DNA from: Lama glama
Lineage: Eukaryota
Reading direction: 5' to 3'
Assembly: GCA_028534125.1 (NCBI GenBank)
Contig: CM052832.1
Coordinates: 6,326,001 to 6,390,000, forward strand
DNA length: 64,000 bases
Part shown: one piece after another, positions 42,201-55,699 of the stretch
Layout of the letters: the number at the start of each line of letters is the position of its first letter
Position numbering within the stretch: the stretch's first letter is position 1
Position numbers and translations under genes: made by a program
The notes under the pieces: model-generated
What the model was told of the DNA's origin: nothing
Databases searched by the model: none
The model's input: the letters and a program-made list of their open reading frames with translations, nothing else

Positions 42201-45200
42201 CCTTTTCTTTGGTTTTCCAGTTGAAACCAAGTTCTCCATTATACCAGAATCTGCCTTTGAAGGGGATACGGTAACTCTGGTGTGTGAATACGAAGGTTCG
42301 TCCCCCAATGTCTCCTGGTACCACGCCGAGAAGGGCCTCGACATCCAGAACAGCAGCAGATTCTCCATCTCCACCTCCCTGCTCGACAACACGACCTCTG
42401 TATCCCGCTTCACCATTCACAACATCACTCAGGATGACGAGGGTGGGTGTCTGTCCAGTAACAGGTGGGAGGAAGGGAACGAAGGGCTCGTCAAGATTCC
42501 AACCATAGCCCTTCTGTCTTCACAAAGAAGTCACAAAGAATCAGCTTTGCAAATTTGAAAATAGCCAAGCTAATTTCACCTTGGGAGACAAATACAGTTT
42601 CTCACACTTACCAAGGCTTACGAGTTGGAACCTAAGACAAAAAGGAAACTTTTTGTTTTTTAAACTTTAAAAAAAATTTTAAAGAGCTCTGTTGAGGTTG
42701 AATTGACGTAGAGTAAGCTGTGTGTGGTTAAAGCGTATAATTTGGAAGTTTTGACCTGTGTGTACACCTCTGAAACTATCACCATAATCAAGAAAGGGAA
42801 CACAACCATCACTGCTCCCCTCCAACTTTCTCGTCTTCTGTTGTAATCCCTCCCTCAGCAACCACAGAAGCGCAAGTCCTACACCTGACATTCTGGGATT
42901 TAATAGCCCCATTGTAGCCCGGATGTCAACAAGGGCATCTCTTTTTCTCTGAATGAGAAGTTGGGCTGCAGACAGAAGGGTTCTGTCACATCTTTGTTGA
43001 CTCTGACCTTGTCACAGAGTTAAATAGGATGCTAAAATTATCCGAGCATGATCATCTCATTTGCCAAGGGGTTCCCATTTTTCCTTTCTACCTCTTCCAT
43101 CCCCCACACTTTTTTGCTTCCTAGCAAGGACTCTGAGATTTCTGCTCTTTCCTCAGAACATCTCTCTACTCTTTACCTTGTGGCATCAGAAATACCTGGG
43201 TTGACCTTCTGCATTTCCTGAATGTTCCTTTAGCTTTGTTTAGACCAAGTCTCAGGACCTTTGGAAAATGATGTTTTGCTAAGTACCATCATGACATATG
43301 AGAGGAGGCTGTCATTCACGGGAAGAAATAAACACATGTAGTGATGATCACAAGTGCTTTTGTGTATTCTCTGCAGGTGAATATATTTGCAAACCGACAT
43401 TGGATATTTTTGAATCTGAGGCCAGAAAAAAAGTAAATGTTATGCCCATCCGGATTTCAGAAAAGAAATACATGAATGTGATATGTGACAGCAAGCCCGT
43501 GTCTTTGAACTGCTGCAGTGAGATTATTGTGAACTGGAGTAAAGTTGAATGGAAGCAACAAGGGGCAATAAACATTCCAGGTGAGACTGTGAGATGCCTT
43601 TTTACAAACAGGCTTTCACTTCTTGGCCAAGTGAAAATGGGGGATGTGGTGGGTGAAAGGGCAAATGTCAAATGACTGTTTTTTCCAGACTTGAGACTGT
43701 GAGAGCGTACTAGGTTTGATGCCAGCTCCAGCTTAGCCATTCTAAAATGAAAGTCCCGAAATATATATATACAAGTGTCATGCTTGGGCTGTAGACAAGA
43801 TCCTGGCAGAGAAGACCCAAGAGGGAGTGACCAGATGATGTAGGTCCCTGCCTCCTCTTCCTTTCCATCTTCAGCAAAGAGCCAAGGATGGGGCCACTGG
43901 CTTTGCTTTGGAGTCTAACTTGGAGCATCTCATCCTGTGTCTCTCCACTTGGTGTTTGTCCTTCCCACTTCTCTACTTTTTTTATCCACACCACCCTCTA
44001 TATTATCTAACTCTGTGTCTCTGGTTTTATATCTCTGTCAACCTGTTTGTCTCTCAACCATTTCATGTCAATTTTTGGTCCTATCTGCTTCTGTTGCAGA
44101 TGTGAGATCTCATCTGAAGGTTAGACTGACTGGTGAATGATGATAATAATAATGATCCATTAAAATAGTAATAGAATAGTGACTCTGCTTTGTATAATAA
44201 TTTGTGATCAATCAATTTTTTAAAAATATGTTATCATTTTTAATCACATTTAAACTTGACCCCAACTTTGAAGCTGGCATTTTTTTGCCTTCAGTTTTCA
44301 AAGAAAGAAATGGAGGTTCTAGTGAAATGCCTTATTCAAGATTGTCACAATAGGAAAAGAAAAGAAAGACTTGGGATCCACCCTGTTTCACAGCCTTTGT
44401 CTTGGTCAAAGTGTATCACACGTGCCTGGAGCGCTGGCGCTGGAGTGAAATGATCCAGCAGAACTTGTACGGAAGTGGAAGACTTTTCTGCCTGAAATCT
44501 CACATAACAAGGTCCAGTCCTTCCCTTAAGAAATGACAGTAGTCTGTACTCACCTTTACAGTAAAAAATAAAATCATGAAACCACGATGTGGCTTTACCC
44601 ATAAAATACATCAATGCGGTGGAGCTTTTATGCTACAAAGCCTTTATTAAATCATTAAATGTTAATGACAATTCATTCATTCAAAAAAATCAGGCACTAT
44701 TAAGTCATTTTAAAAAGGATCAATTTAGACGCAACATTTTCTGAGCACATTTCTTCTGCAAAGCATATTTGTTTTCCACTTTAAAGTACCCCCGGAGGAT
44801 GGGAAAGGCATCTGGTAATGTTTGAAAATGTTGACATATGGTCTATTTAGTCAGTTCTCTGATTTTTAAGGAAGAGGAGGTGTAGGCATCCTGGAGGAAC
44901 TGCCAGATGGGAGAGAGACCTTGCAAAGTTCCTGTGGTGGTATTGACTTAGAAGCTTTCAACCCTGGGAGGTGAAAAGCCTAGTCCTCGGTCAAAGGAAC
45001 CAGGAAGTCTGCAGTGCAGATGCTCAAGGACCTCTCTGTGGCCACCTCAAAACATTCTTAATGCCCAGGGCAGGCTGAACCCAGGGCAGAACAATGGATT
45101 TCCTGCGGCAGGGGTGGCCGCCGGGACCTGCGCTGTTGGCGCTCTGATGAATTTAGCTTCTGCTCTTGCTCTCAGCACCCTGCTCCCTCCTCCCTCCTCC

Positions 45201-48200
45201 CTGCTCCCTCCTCCCTCCTCCCTCACCGGCCCCTCCCTGCTGCATTCTTTCTCCAAATTCCACCAGTTCTTTTCCCAGGTCAGTAGAAAGCAATCTATCT
45301 AAATAAGTCATCCCCTGGCGTTTGGAACTGAACGTCTTATCTCTTCTCAGAAATGGTTGCATTGTCTTTTCAAAGCCCTTCTGACAAGGGATAAGCCAGA
45401 AAAGAAGTAATCAGCAATAACAGAATTTCTAGCTTTAAGAAGGTGTTTTGCTTTTATTTTTTTCCCAAAGTGGGAGGGCTCTCTGGAGTGTTTCAAATTG
45501 TAGGGCGTGGATCAATAATATAAATGGTGGCGGTAGCAGGGGTAATAATACCAGTGCTGAGACCAGTGGTCATAACAGCAGAGGTACTGATGGCTGTGAT
45601 TTTAGTGCGGCTTCTAGTCGGCCTGTGTCTAGTATGAGCTTTGCCTTTACAGGAACTTACTGATCATTTAGGGGAATTTAACAGCAATATCGTCTGTAGT
45701 CTCACTGTAGCTCTTGGTATGTGTTGTGATGATGGAAAAATAATGGAGCTGAATTCCTTCTGCGTTAAAACAGTTCCCAAATGAGCTCATTAACTTCTCC
45801 ACCCTGCCTACCAGCTTCCTTGGCCCATTGTCATGCAGAGTATTCCTAAAACAATTGAATCTCTGAGAGAGAGTGTGAAGTCAGCCCATCTGGGCTGACT
45901 GTCAAGGTGTGTATGACAACACGGAACAGCGCGCTGAGTGACTCGGGGGAGCGGGGAACAGCCTCAAACGCCACAGTCTCCCTTCCTGTATCTTTCCTTC
46001 CCAGTCACCTCGCATCACGTTGTTTAGCATGGGTTATTACTGAAGCTTCTGTGCTGTCTGCAATGTTGTGTTTGCAGTACCATTTTCCAAGGCTGGAAAA
46101 GATGCATTTATGTTGGAGCTAATCAGAAGGGTTTTTTTTTAATTATTCTTTTAATTTTTGGAAGATTGACAGTGCTTGAAGAAGAATGCCTTAAGAGTAC
46201 ATGGCAGAAGGCAAGGTTGGAGGAGAGAGAGTGAAGGGACTGGAGTAGAAAAAATTGGCCAGAGCCACAGGCAAGAAGGGAAGGTGGCTTGGAAGGCAGA
46301 GCATCTGAGGAAAGGGGAGGAAGCGGAGGAAGAGCAGCTACTTTGAAGGGGAAACTGGTGGTAGCCTGAGAAAGCACCAAGCTGAAGCTTCCACTGAAAC
46401 ACAGATGCCAATAAGAAGGGATAAGTCAGGAAAGTGAAGCTGGGGGTGGGTATAACTCAGTGGTAGAATGCGTGCTTAGCATGCAAGAGGTCTTGGGTTC
46501 AATCCCCTGTACCCCCATTAAAAATAGATAAACCTAATTAATCCCCCCAAAACAAATATTTTAAAATAAATAAAAAGTAAATAAAAATTTGAAGAACAAA
46601 AAGAGAAAGAAAACAAATCTCAAATGAAATCAACATCAGAGGTCCAAATCCAGTTTCTTCCTCCTTTCAGCAACAGTAATCACCCAAATCATCTGACATC
46701 TTTTTTCCTTCCAGTTGAAATTATACCCAAACACATGGCTTCTTTTTTTTTTTTTTAATTTTTCACACTCCAACCACCATCACTCATGGTCTTTGTGAGG
46801 GGCTGCCCCCAGCCAGGCACTGATCTAAGTGTTTCCATATTAACTCATTTTACCTACTACCATCCTAGGCAGTACCTTTCCATTTTACATCTGGAGAAAC
46901 TGAGGCAAAGGTGGTTTAGTGACTCCCCCAGTTATACCCAGCCGGTGAGTAGCAACCTGAGGTGGCAGGGCTAACCATTACACCATCCTGCCTGTCCATT
47001 CAAGAAGAGGAAATTTACTGTAAATTATAACTCTTTTTTCACTGATTTGACTTCTTTGCTACCAAAGCAGAGAGTCAGCCAACTGGGACAGCAAAGGAAC
47101 TGCTTATGTCATTGCAGGAAGCCCTGAAACAGACACAGACACCAGCTGCAGCCGATACACCCTCACGGCCAGCGGGACCCAGTGTCCCAGCGGGTCGTCT
47201 GGGACGACGGTGGTCTACACGTGTGAGTTCCTCAGCGCCTACGGAGCCAGAGAGAGTAAGGACATAGAAGTGACGTTTACCTCCGTGGGTAAGGACTCAT
47301 TCACTGGAACTTTTCCCCTTGCACCTCAAGCCAAGGGCTGCCAATCAGCTGGGAATGTCCAGGAGCAACAAAGCAGGGCCTTCCTTGGTAGTCAGAGTGG
47401 CTGGGAGCCAGATCTCCGTCTCTGCCATTTAAAATCAGATGAAGTCTCTAAAATCGGGAAGGGGACGGGTAGGAAAGATGGGTTGCGAGGAAGGAACAGC
47501 CTGCATGGTCCTGGAAAGGTGGAAAGTGGGCTGGGAAGTACTGTCATGCTCAGATAAGTTTAAATCTAGAATCAGATTAGTATAAATAAGGATAACCCCA
47601 ATTTCCCATTTTTCCTCCCATTCTCCTTCCTTTGGGTCTCATCTGGCTCACTCTCCCCTACCCTTCACCCTCCTCTGTCGCCCCTCCTCTCCCATTTCAC
47701 ATTGTCCAGAAAGAATGCTGCAGAAAGCTTCAAGAATCTGGTATTTTGTGGTTATTTTACAGTTGTAACAAGTGTGTATTTTTTTTTTAATGTTTCAGTT
47801 TATTCAGCTTCGTTAGGCCTCTTAAAAGTATCATTTCTCCTCCTTACACCATGAAACATTTTAACTTCACCCCCACCTGCAAAAATGGGGCAGGCAAACT
47901 TGTTTTTCCACCCATCATACGAAAACGAACTATTTAGATAAATCATCAGAGCCCCTCTTCTGAGCAATTTGGAGGAAGGACTCTGACAAACATACTTGTT
48001 ACCCTCATTCACATTTTCTGCAATCGTGACAGCGTTTTCACAAAGATCAGAGATTAGGTTTATCTGAAACATTATTGCCACAGAAACATTCAGAGTCTTT
48101 GGGGGTATTTGCAGTTTTCTGCAGTGAGAGCCTTCATACACTACAAGGTTTGTTTATTTTCTGTCCCTGAATTTGCGACTTTTTAAAAAATTTGAAGTAC

Positions 48201-49336
48201 AGTCTATTTACAAAGTTGTGTTAGTTTCAGGTGTACAGTAAAGTGATTCAGTTGCACATCCATATGCATTCATTTTCATTGTAGGTTGTTACAAGATATT
48301 GAATATGGTTCTCTGTGCTGTGTTGTTCATCTCTTTTATATACACTGCAAGTTTTAATTCAAAGAGTTGTGTTGATTCCGTGGGCTTTGGGCTGTCTTAG
48401 GGACATACTTAGTCCTTGCTGCAAACCACTGGTTCAGTAGTTTGGGTCTCATCTGAGGATCAAGAGAACCAGATTCAAGGTTCCACGAGCCTTTCCACCC
48501 TCAGAAACCTCTAAGCCATCTCGACGTCCCACAGCCAGAGAGGGCAACTCAGGAGGCATGTGAATCTCTGCTCCATGATTTTGGGGCTGTATCTGAACAT
48601 CTGAAGCTTGGCTTGTAGAGGGTATTGTGGAAAGCCCTCAGTTCTTTCGATTATGACTAAGAATAAGATCTAATTGGAAAAGCAGGCTGGCATCAGTGAG
48701 CTCGGGGGATGACGCTGTTCACGCAGAGAAGACAGAAGTGAATGGCATTTTGAAATGTCAGCTTTGCTCAGAAAGGAGGAGCTAGCACCAGGGGCAAAAT
48801 CAGTGAATGTTCATATAAGCATTTATATTTGCAAGGGTCTTATTAACATTTTCAGTGACTAATTCCTCATGAACTTAGGAGGAAATTCTCAGAAACAGGA
48901 GTAAATAGAGAGATTTATGGTTAGGAGAACTCTGCTTTCCAGTCCAGGAGTAATTATTTGGGCAGTAACTCTGATCCCTCTAATTAACATGTAATTCCAG
49001 AAATCACTCTTCTGTTTAGTCAGCACCAACTGTATACTAACCCCAGGGCTCAGTGCTGGGGATACAAAGACACAGAAAAGAGGTTCCTGCTCTTAAGAGG
49101 CTCACATTTTTTATGGGGAAGAGATACAGAAAGAGAGAAATTAAAATACAACATGGTATTATTTTTTAAAGATATTTTAAGAGTCAAGAATAAAATGGTT
49201 GTAAAAATTGAGCCATTCAAAGATGTTTTGTACAACACAGAGACTATAGACAATATTTTGTAGTGACTGTAAATGGAAAGTAACCTTCAAAAATTGCAGT
49301 TAAAAAATTTTAATTTTATTTAAAATTTGTTAAAAT

Positions 49337-49383
<47 letters not shown>

Positions 49384-52300
49384 TTTTATTGAAGTATAGT
49401 CAGGTACAATTTTTAACGTGGTGAATTAAACAAAAAAAAAAGAGCTGAGTCGTGGAGTCGCCCTTGAGGTGTCCTGGATGAGGTTGGAGGGGAGCCTGGG
49501 TTAGGTCAACACCCTAAGCTTGCAACCTTTTGCTGCTGATCAATAGGAGATAATTCCAGCCGCAAAGGGGACGTGCATGAGTTCCTCAGGCATGTGCCGG
49601 AAATGAGTACAGTTCAGAGCACCACCGGGAACAGCCTAGAAACAAGTAAAGCCCGGGAGCAGCCAGGTACCAATCCCGCACCGACACACGTAGAACCAAG
49701 GGCGGTCCGTGCTTTCTGCCTCTGTCTGAAATTTCCCTCCGGTGTCAAAGTCGCCAGAAAGACTAAACATTGTGCTTGTTGTCGGTTTTTCTTTTGTCTG
49801 TTTTGTTTGCATTCTTTCAGCCAACCTAACAATAACCCCGGACCCAATTTCTGTTTCTGAGGGACAAAGCTTTTCTATAAAGTGCATCAGTGATGTGAGT
49901 AACTATGATGAGGTCTACTGGGACAATTCTGCTGGAATTAAAATACATGAAAGGTTTTACACCACGAGGAGGTATCCTGATGGAGCGGAGTCCGTGCTAA
50001 CAGTCAAGACCTCGACCCGGGAGTGGAATGGTGAGCGAAAGCCGAGACCCCGGGGAACACACTGGAATCCTTACCATCCCTGGAAAGCCTGTCCCGGCCC
50101 TGCCTGTGGCAGCCGCTCCACGTGACATACATCATCACACTTGATGCGGCAGCCTGTGGGGGAAGATGTCATTTGCCCATTTTACAGATGTGGAAAGTGA
50201 GGTCCCCCAGGACCACAAATGTATCTGGGCTTCCCCGTCTTAAGCTGTCAAGCCAGGCTTGGAACTAGTCTCTCTGACTGTGTTCTTGCCAGTAAGTTAA
50301 GAGGATTGGTTTTTAAAGCACTTTTACCAGACTCTCAGAAGTGCTTCACCCACTTGTGGTATGACAGTTCTATGTAAAGGTTTTATAGGCCTGGTTCCAA
50401 AAGGGAAATTCTTTTTTAATTTTCTGTTTATCCCTAGACATTGTTCATGTTGGGAGGAAATGCAGATTTTTGAAAGAAAAAATAACTTGATAGAATTGTT
50501 GCAATCATAGCTGACATTTCTTGAGCTATTACTATGTGATAGACGCTGTATTAAGTACTTAACTGTATTAATTAATTTGAGACAATAAACCTGTAAGATA
50601 GTGCCAGTATTATCTCCATTTAACAGAGGAGGAAACGGAGGCCCAGGGAGGTTAAGTAAGCTACCTGTGGTCACACATCAGAGCCAAAGTGAAATGCAGA
50701 CTGGCTGGCTGCAGAGGCCAGCTCTTAATGACTCTCTTCTGAAGCTTTTCATCAACTACACGCTGATCAGTCCATACCCTGTGAGGTCTCTGTTGTTTCA
50801 CATAAGGCCTCGGTAACTCTATAGAAACAACCACTTACTGTTTGGCCGGACCTGGTAGATACAGCAAGAAATGGGAGTGCTTCTTGCAAACAAAAGCCAA
50901 ACTCACACCCGCTCTGCCCGATCGCCCTTCCCTGGGGTCAGGCAATCAACAGGAGGCGCGAGGGCTGCTCCAGTCACACAGAACGATTAAACAGCCCCAC
51001 ACTCAAGTTCTAACATCATCAGTTCTCATCTAAATCACCACACTTCTATTTTGTATTCAGTGTAAATTTCCCCTCCCTCCCAGGGGAATTGGAAAGCATT
51101 TCCTCTGTGTCCTTCTTCTGTGTGTTTCCCCTCTGGCTCCTCTGGAGTCTGGGCACAGAGAGCCAACGTACAGGACATTGAAGGGTCCTATGGAACAGCA
51201 GGTGCGATGATCAGCTCCCGGCTGTCTCCCCGGTAGCTGATCCAGTGGGGGCGCGTCCCCTGATGGGCTCTGAAGTCCCATTGGAAAGGTTCCTTCCACG
51301 GAGCTCAGCCCCAGCCCGGTCCACAGTCCTCTGCCTCCCCAAGCACCGGGCATGCCGGCCACTCCTGCGGCAGCCTTCTCTTTTCACTCTTGCAAGGCTG
51401 ACTTTTCTAGATAAGAGTCAAGCACCTAATCCCAGCATCCCCAGGGCAAGGTCTCCCAAGAACACACTATCAGTCAGTCAACCAACCAATCAATCAGTCA
51501 ATCTCTCTCTCCCTCCCTCCTCCACTCCTTAGTGGTGCCATGATGTCCCAGACCCAGAGGCACCTCCTCCCTTAGAGATGGGGAGAGGGGCATCGCCATC
51601 TCCATCTGGCTGACCAGCTTCCTACAAAGAACTCCCCAACCCAGCACAGATGAAAATGCCCATTTCTGCCCTTGCTTAAATTAAGAGCCTTAGAGTAGGT
51701 ATTGGGAACCTGATTTGAAACTCTGTCCCATCCCTAACAGGCTGTATGACTTCAGATAAACCTCTTCGTTTTATTTGAAAGTAAGTGAATGTTCAGGTGG
51801 CAGTGGGTCAGTCCTTCAAAGGCACAGAGAGCCCAGGAGGGGAGCAGCACCTTCTCATCCGGCGTCCAGGATGGTGTGGCGCACCTTTGCCCAAGCTTGA
51901 CAAGGAAAACCGCGCTTCTTCTTACCCTTCCCAGCAAATGCTTTTTTGGAGCGATGACTTGGTTTCATCTCATTTTTGCTTCCTTCCTCTCAGGAACCTA
52001 TCGCTGCATATTTCGATACAAGAATTCGTACCGTGTCATGGCCAAAGACGTCACCGTCCACCCGCTGCCTCTCGAGCCCAATATCCTGGTTGACCCTTTG
52101 CAAGCTGCCATTCTGTGCACAAGCTCCCAGCACATCAAGTGCTGCATAGAAGAGGACGAAGACTACAGGGTCACTGTCCACATGGGCTCCCTGTCCTTCC
52201 CTGCAGGTGAGGTGCCAACCGCTGAATTGTTAGGACAAGTGATTTCATGTATTTGGAGCCTAAACGTTTACTCTTGAAATAGGGGTGAAGGGACCCAGGG

Positions 52301-55300
52301 ACTGCATCAGAGACAGGCTGTAACAAGTGAACACCCTGAGCCTTTATTACCTTAATTGTGCTGCGTGGCCAGTGGCTCACGGGTTTGTGACAAAATCTTG
52401 AGAGTCTGTGAAGGTGGAGCCCACTGTTTTCCGTGAGAGCGGTTGTAGACAGCTTCAGACACAGATAGGCCTTCTACTCGCTCAGCGTAGTAGAGGAGAT
52501 ATTCTGGTAGTCCCTCCCTCCGTCCCTCCCAGCTATGAAAGTCCCACAAAAATCCTTTTAAATGCACAACTGAGCAGGCAAGAAAGTAAGAGGAATAACC
52601 AAGGGCCAAAAATACAGAGGAAGAGAGTCAAGAAGAAATAGATCATTTGAACAGATCAATCACTAAAAGTGAATTAAAAAAACCTCCTTGTTGGGAGAGG
52701 GTGTAGCTCAAGTGGTACTATGCACGTTTAGCACGTATGAGGTCCTGGGTTCAATCCTCAGGACCTCCTGTAAGAATAAATAAATAAATAAACTGAATTA
52801 CCTCCCCCCATTCCCTGCCCCCCCCCCAAATTTAGAGAGAACAACAACAAAAAAAAGCCTCTCTGAAAACAAAAGTCCAGGAGCAGTTGGTTCACTGGGG
52901 AATTCTACCAAACATACAAAGAAGAACTTACACTGATCCTTCTCAAACTCTTGTGAAAGACTGAAGAGGAGGGAACGCTCCCAAGCTCATTCTATGAAGC
53001 CACCATCACCCTGATACCAAAACCAGACAAAGACACTACCAAAAAGAAAATTACAGGCCAATATCTTTGATGAATATAGGGGCAAAAACTCTCAACAAAA
53101 TATTAACAGACAGAATCTAAAACACATGAAAAACAGCATACACCTCGATCAAGTTGGATTCATCCCAGGGGCACCAGGATGGTTCACCATATGCAAATCA
53201 ATCAAAAATACAGAGGAAGAGAAAAACAGAGCTAATGCTGTAGCTAATGCTGGGGTTTCCCTGCGGACATCTGCCAGTATCAGAAACCCAGAATCCTGAA
53301 TTGTAAGGCTTTGAAATATGTGGGGTGGGGGGGGAAGGACTTGTTCCCTATACGGTAACTGAGGCACCCCACTGCACCAGCGCAGTGTCAGGACCCTCAA
53401 AGGATGCCATGCCCAGTAAAAGAATAATCTAGAAAAACAAAATTGATCTGCCAGGCTTAAGAACTTGACCTCATTGCCAGGTGGGCAAAAACTCCCCCCA
53501 AGAATTATAACTGCCCCACCCTCACTCGGGTTTGGGGCTTGCGCTAGCACCACGCAGGTCCGGGAACTCCAAGCTAAGAATTAACTTAAGATGGTCCATT
53601 GGTAGCACCCAATGGTACCTGGCGGAAAAAAAATTCAGATCCTCTCTAGTAGAACATACCCTCCATTCAGATCTCTCAGGATTCCTACAGCTTAAGGTCA
53701 ACCCAATATGAGCTTACAACCCCAAATCTTAACACACAGACCCCTTCATGAGGGATTCATGAGCTCATTCATACTTTCAGGAACTGTTCTTGGGGACCTC
53801 CTGCTTAATACAAAACACCATAGTAAGCAATGAAAAGGAGAACAAAGAAGTAGGCCACATATATTTAATTATAGTAATATTAATCATTATATATAGTGTA
53901 TTATATAATTATTACATGTTATATAATCATTATAATATATTATAATATATTGCATAGTAATATGTTATGTAATTATATATTGTATATACTTATATATTAT
54001 ATAATAATTATTATATTAATATAGAATTATTTATATATTATATACTATAATGACTATATACAGCTACATTATATATTGTATAATAATTATAAATAAACTA
54101 ATAAAATTAATTAACAGTATAATATAATAATCATATATAATATTAATATAATATATTGTATCTAGAAAGATTCATGCCATAAAAGGCAATACATATAACA
54201 CTAAATATCCAAAATGAGCACTACGGATCAAAAGACCAAGGAAACTTCAGAAAAGTGGGGATCCCATAAAGACCAGACAACTTAGAGAAAGCTGCGTGGT
54301 GGGGGCTATGAAATCTATCCGGGTACTGAAATATTTCAGCGTTTCAACATTCTGGGGTCAACATGCATGCATTCGCTGCTTTCTGTGCTATTCACTAGCT
54401 CCAAATCCTGAGCTAGGCACTGGGAGATGCCAAGATACAGGCGGCCAGGCACCTTCTCTCCAGACCTTAGGGTCTGGTGGAGGGGGCAGACCCGTAAAGA
54501 GGTGGCCTGTAAAACAGGGTGGCGAAAGCAGTCCAGGGTGAGCGCAGAGAGCACGACGGGATTCGATGGGCAGGGGATGCTGAGGAGGCAAGCTGGTTGT
54601 CCAGGACTGTGTGGGCACAGATTTGGGGTCATGAATGACGGAGGTAAGACTGTGGCTCGCACACACACAGACGTGGGCTCACCTCTAGGCTAGGGGCATT
54701 TTTAAAATCACGTTAAAGATGACCGTGGCACATTCCTGGGGAAAGTTTGGACAAGTGTACCCACATTGGATCATTTAAACAAACTGTGTGCTTTGGATAC
54801 TCATGTTGTGACTACAGTTTTTCATTATTTTATTCCAGCAAAAGAAGTTAACGGGGAGCAAGTGTGCTACACATACAATTTCATGGCAAACTCAATTTCC
54901 TGTCCAGAAAATGTGGATGCATTTTGTCACTTTACCAATGCCGCTAATAGTTCAGTCAGGAGCCCATCCATGAAGCTGAATCTGGTTTCTGGTGAGAGCA
55001 TTTTAAATTATTTTAAAATGTTATAATCATGAGCAGGGACTCGTTTATTCATTCACTCCCTCATTCATCTGTTATAAATACATGTTAAATACCTTCCTGT
55101 GGCAAGCCTTGAGCTAAGCAGAATGGATTTGAAAAGAAATAAGCTATGTTTCTTGTCCTCTAGCCTAGGGAGAGATAAATATGATAGAAAAAAATGCTGC
55201 CACATCTAATGTGGTAAGTTTTAAACAAGAGACAGTGTGGTTGGCCAGAAGAGGCTGCTTGGTTTAAGTCTGCTAGAGACAGACCGGAAGAAATGATCAG

Positions 55301-55643
55301 GAAAGCCTTGCAGATGACGCCATATGTCAGCTGATTCTGGGAGCTGAAGAACCGCCCTGGGCCGCTAGGAGTGGACAGTGTTTGGAGAAAAGGGAACTAC
55401 ACTGTTGATGGGACTGTAAGATTGGTGCAGCCACTGCAGAAAACAGTACAGAGGTTCCTCAAAAAACTAAAAATAGACTTACCATATGACCCAGCAGTCT
55501 CACTCCTGGGCACATATCCAGAAAAGATGAAAGCTCTAATTCAAAAAGATACATGCACTCCAGCATTCGTAGCAGCACTATTTACAATAGCCAAGACATG
55601 GAAGCAGCCTAAATGTCCATCAACAGATGACTGGATTAAGAAG

Positions 55644-55699
<56 letters not shown>

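Noticed and set aside
45879..45900. Perfect 10-bp inverted repeat AGTCAGCCCA-TC-TGGGCTGACT
   Set aside because: One stem of this length in 64 kb is compatible with chance and has no supporting context
46442..46520. tRNA-like sequences with A and B boxes here and at five other sites
   Set aside because: Diverged copies with A-rich tails and no clean cloverleaf; these are tRNA-derived SINEs, not tRNA genes
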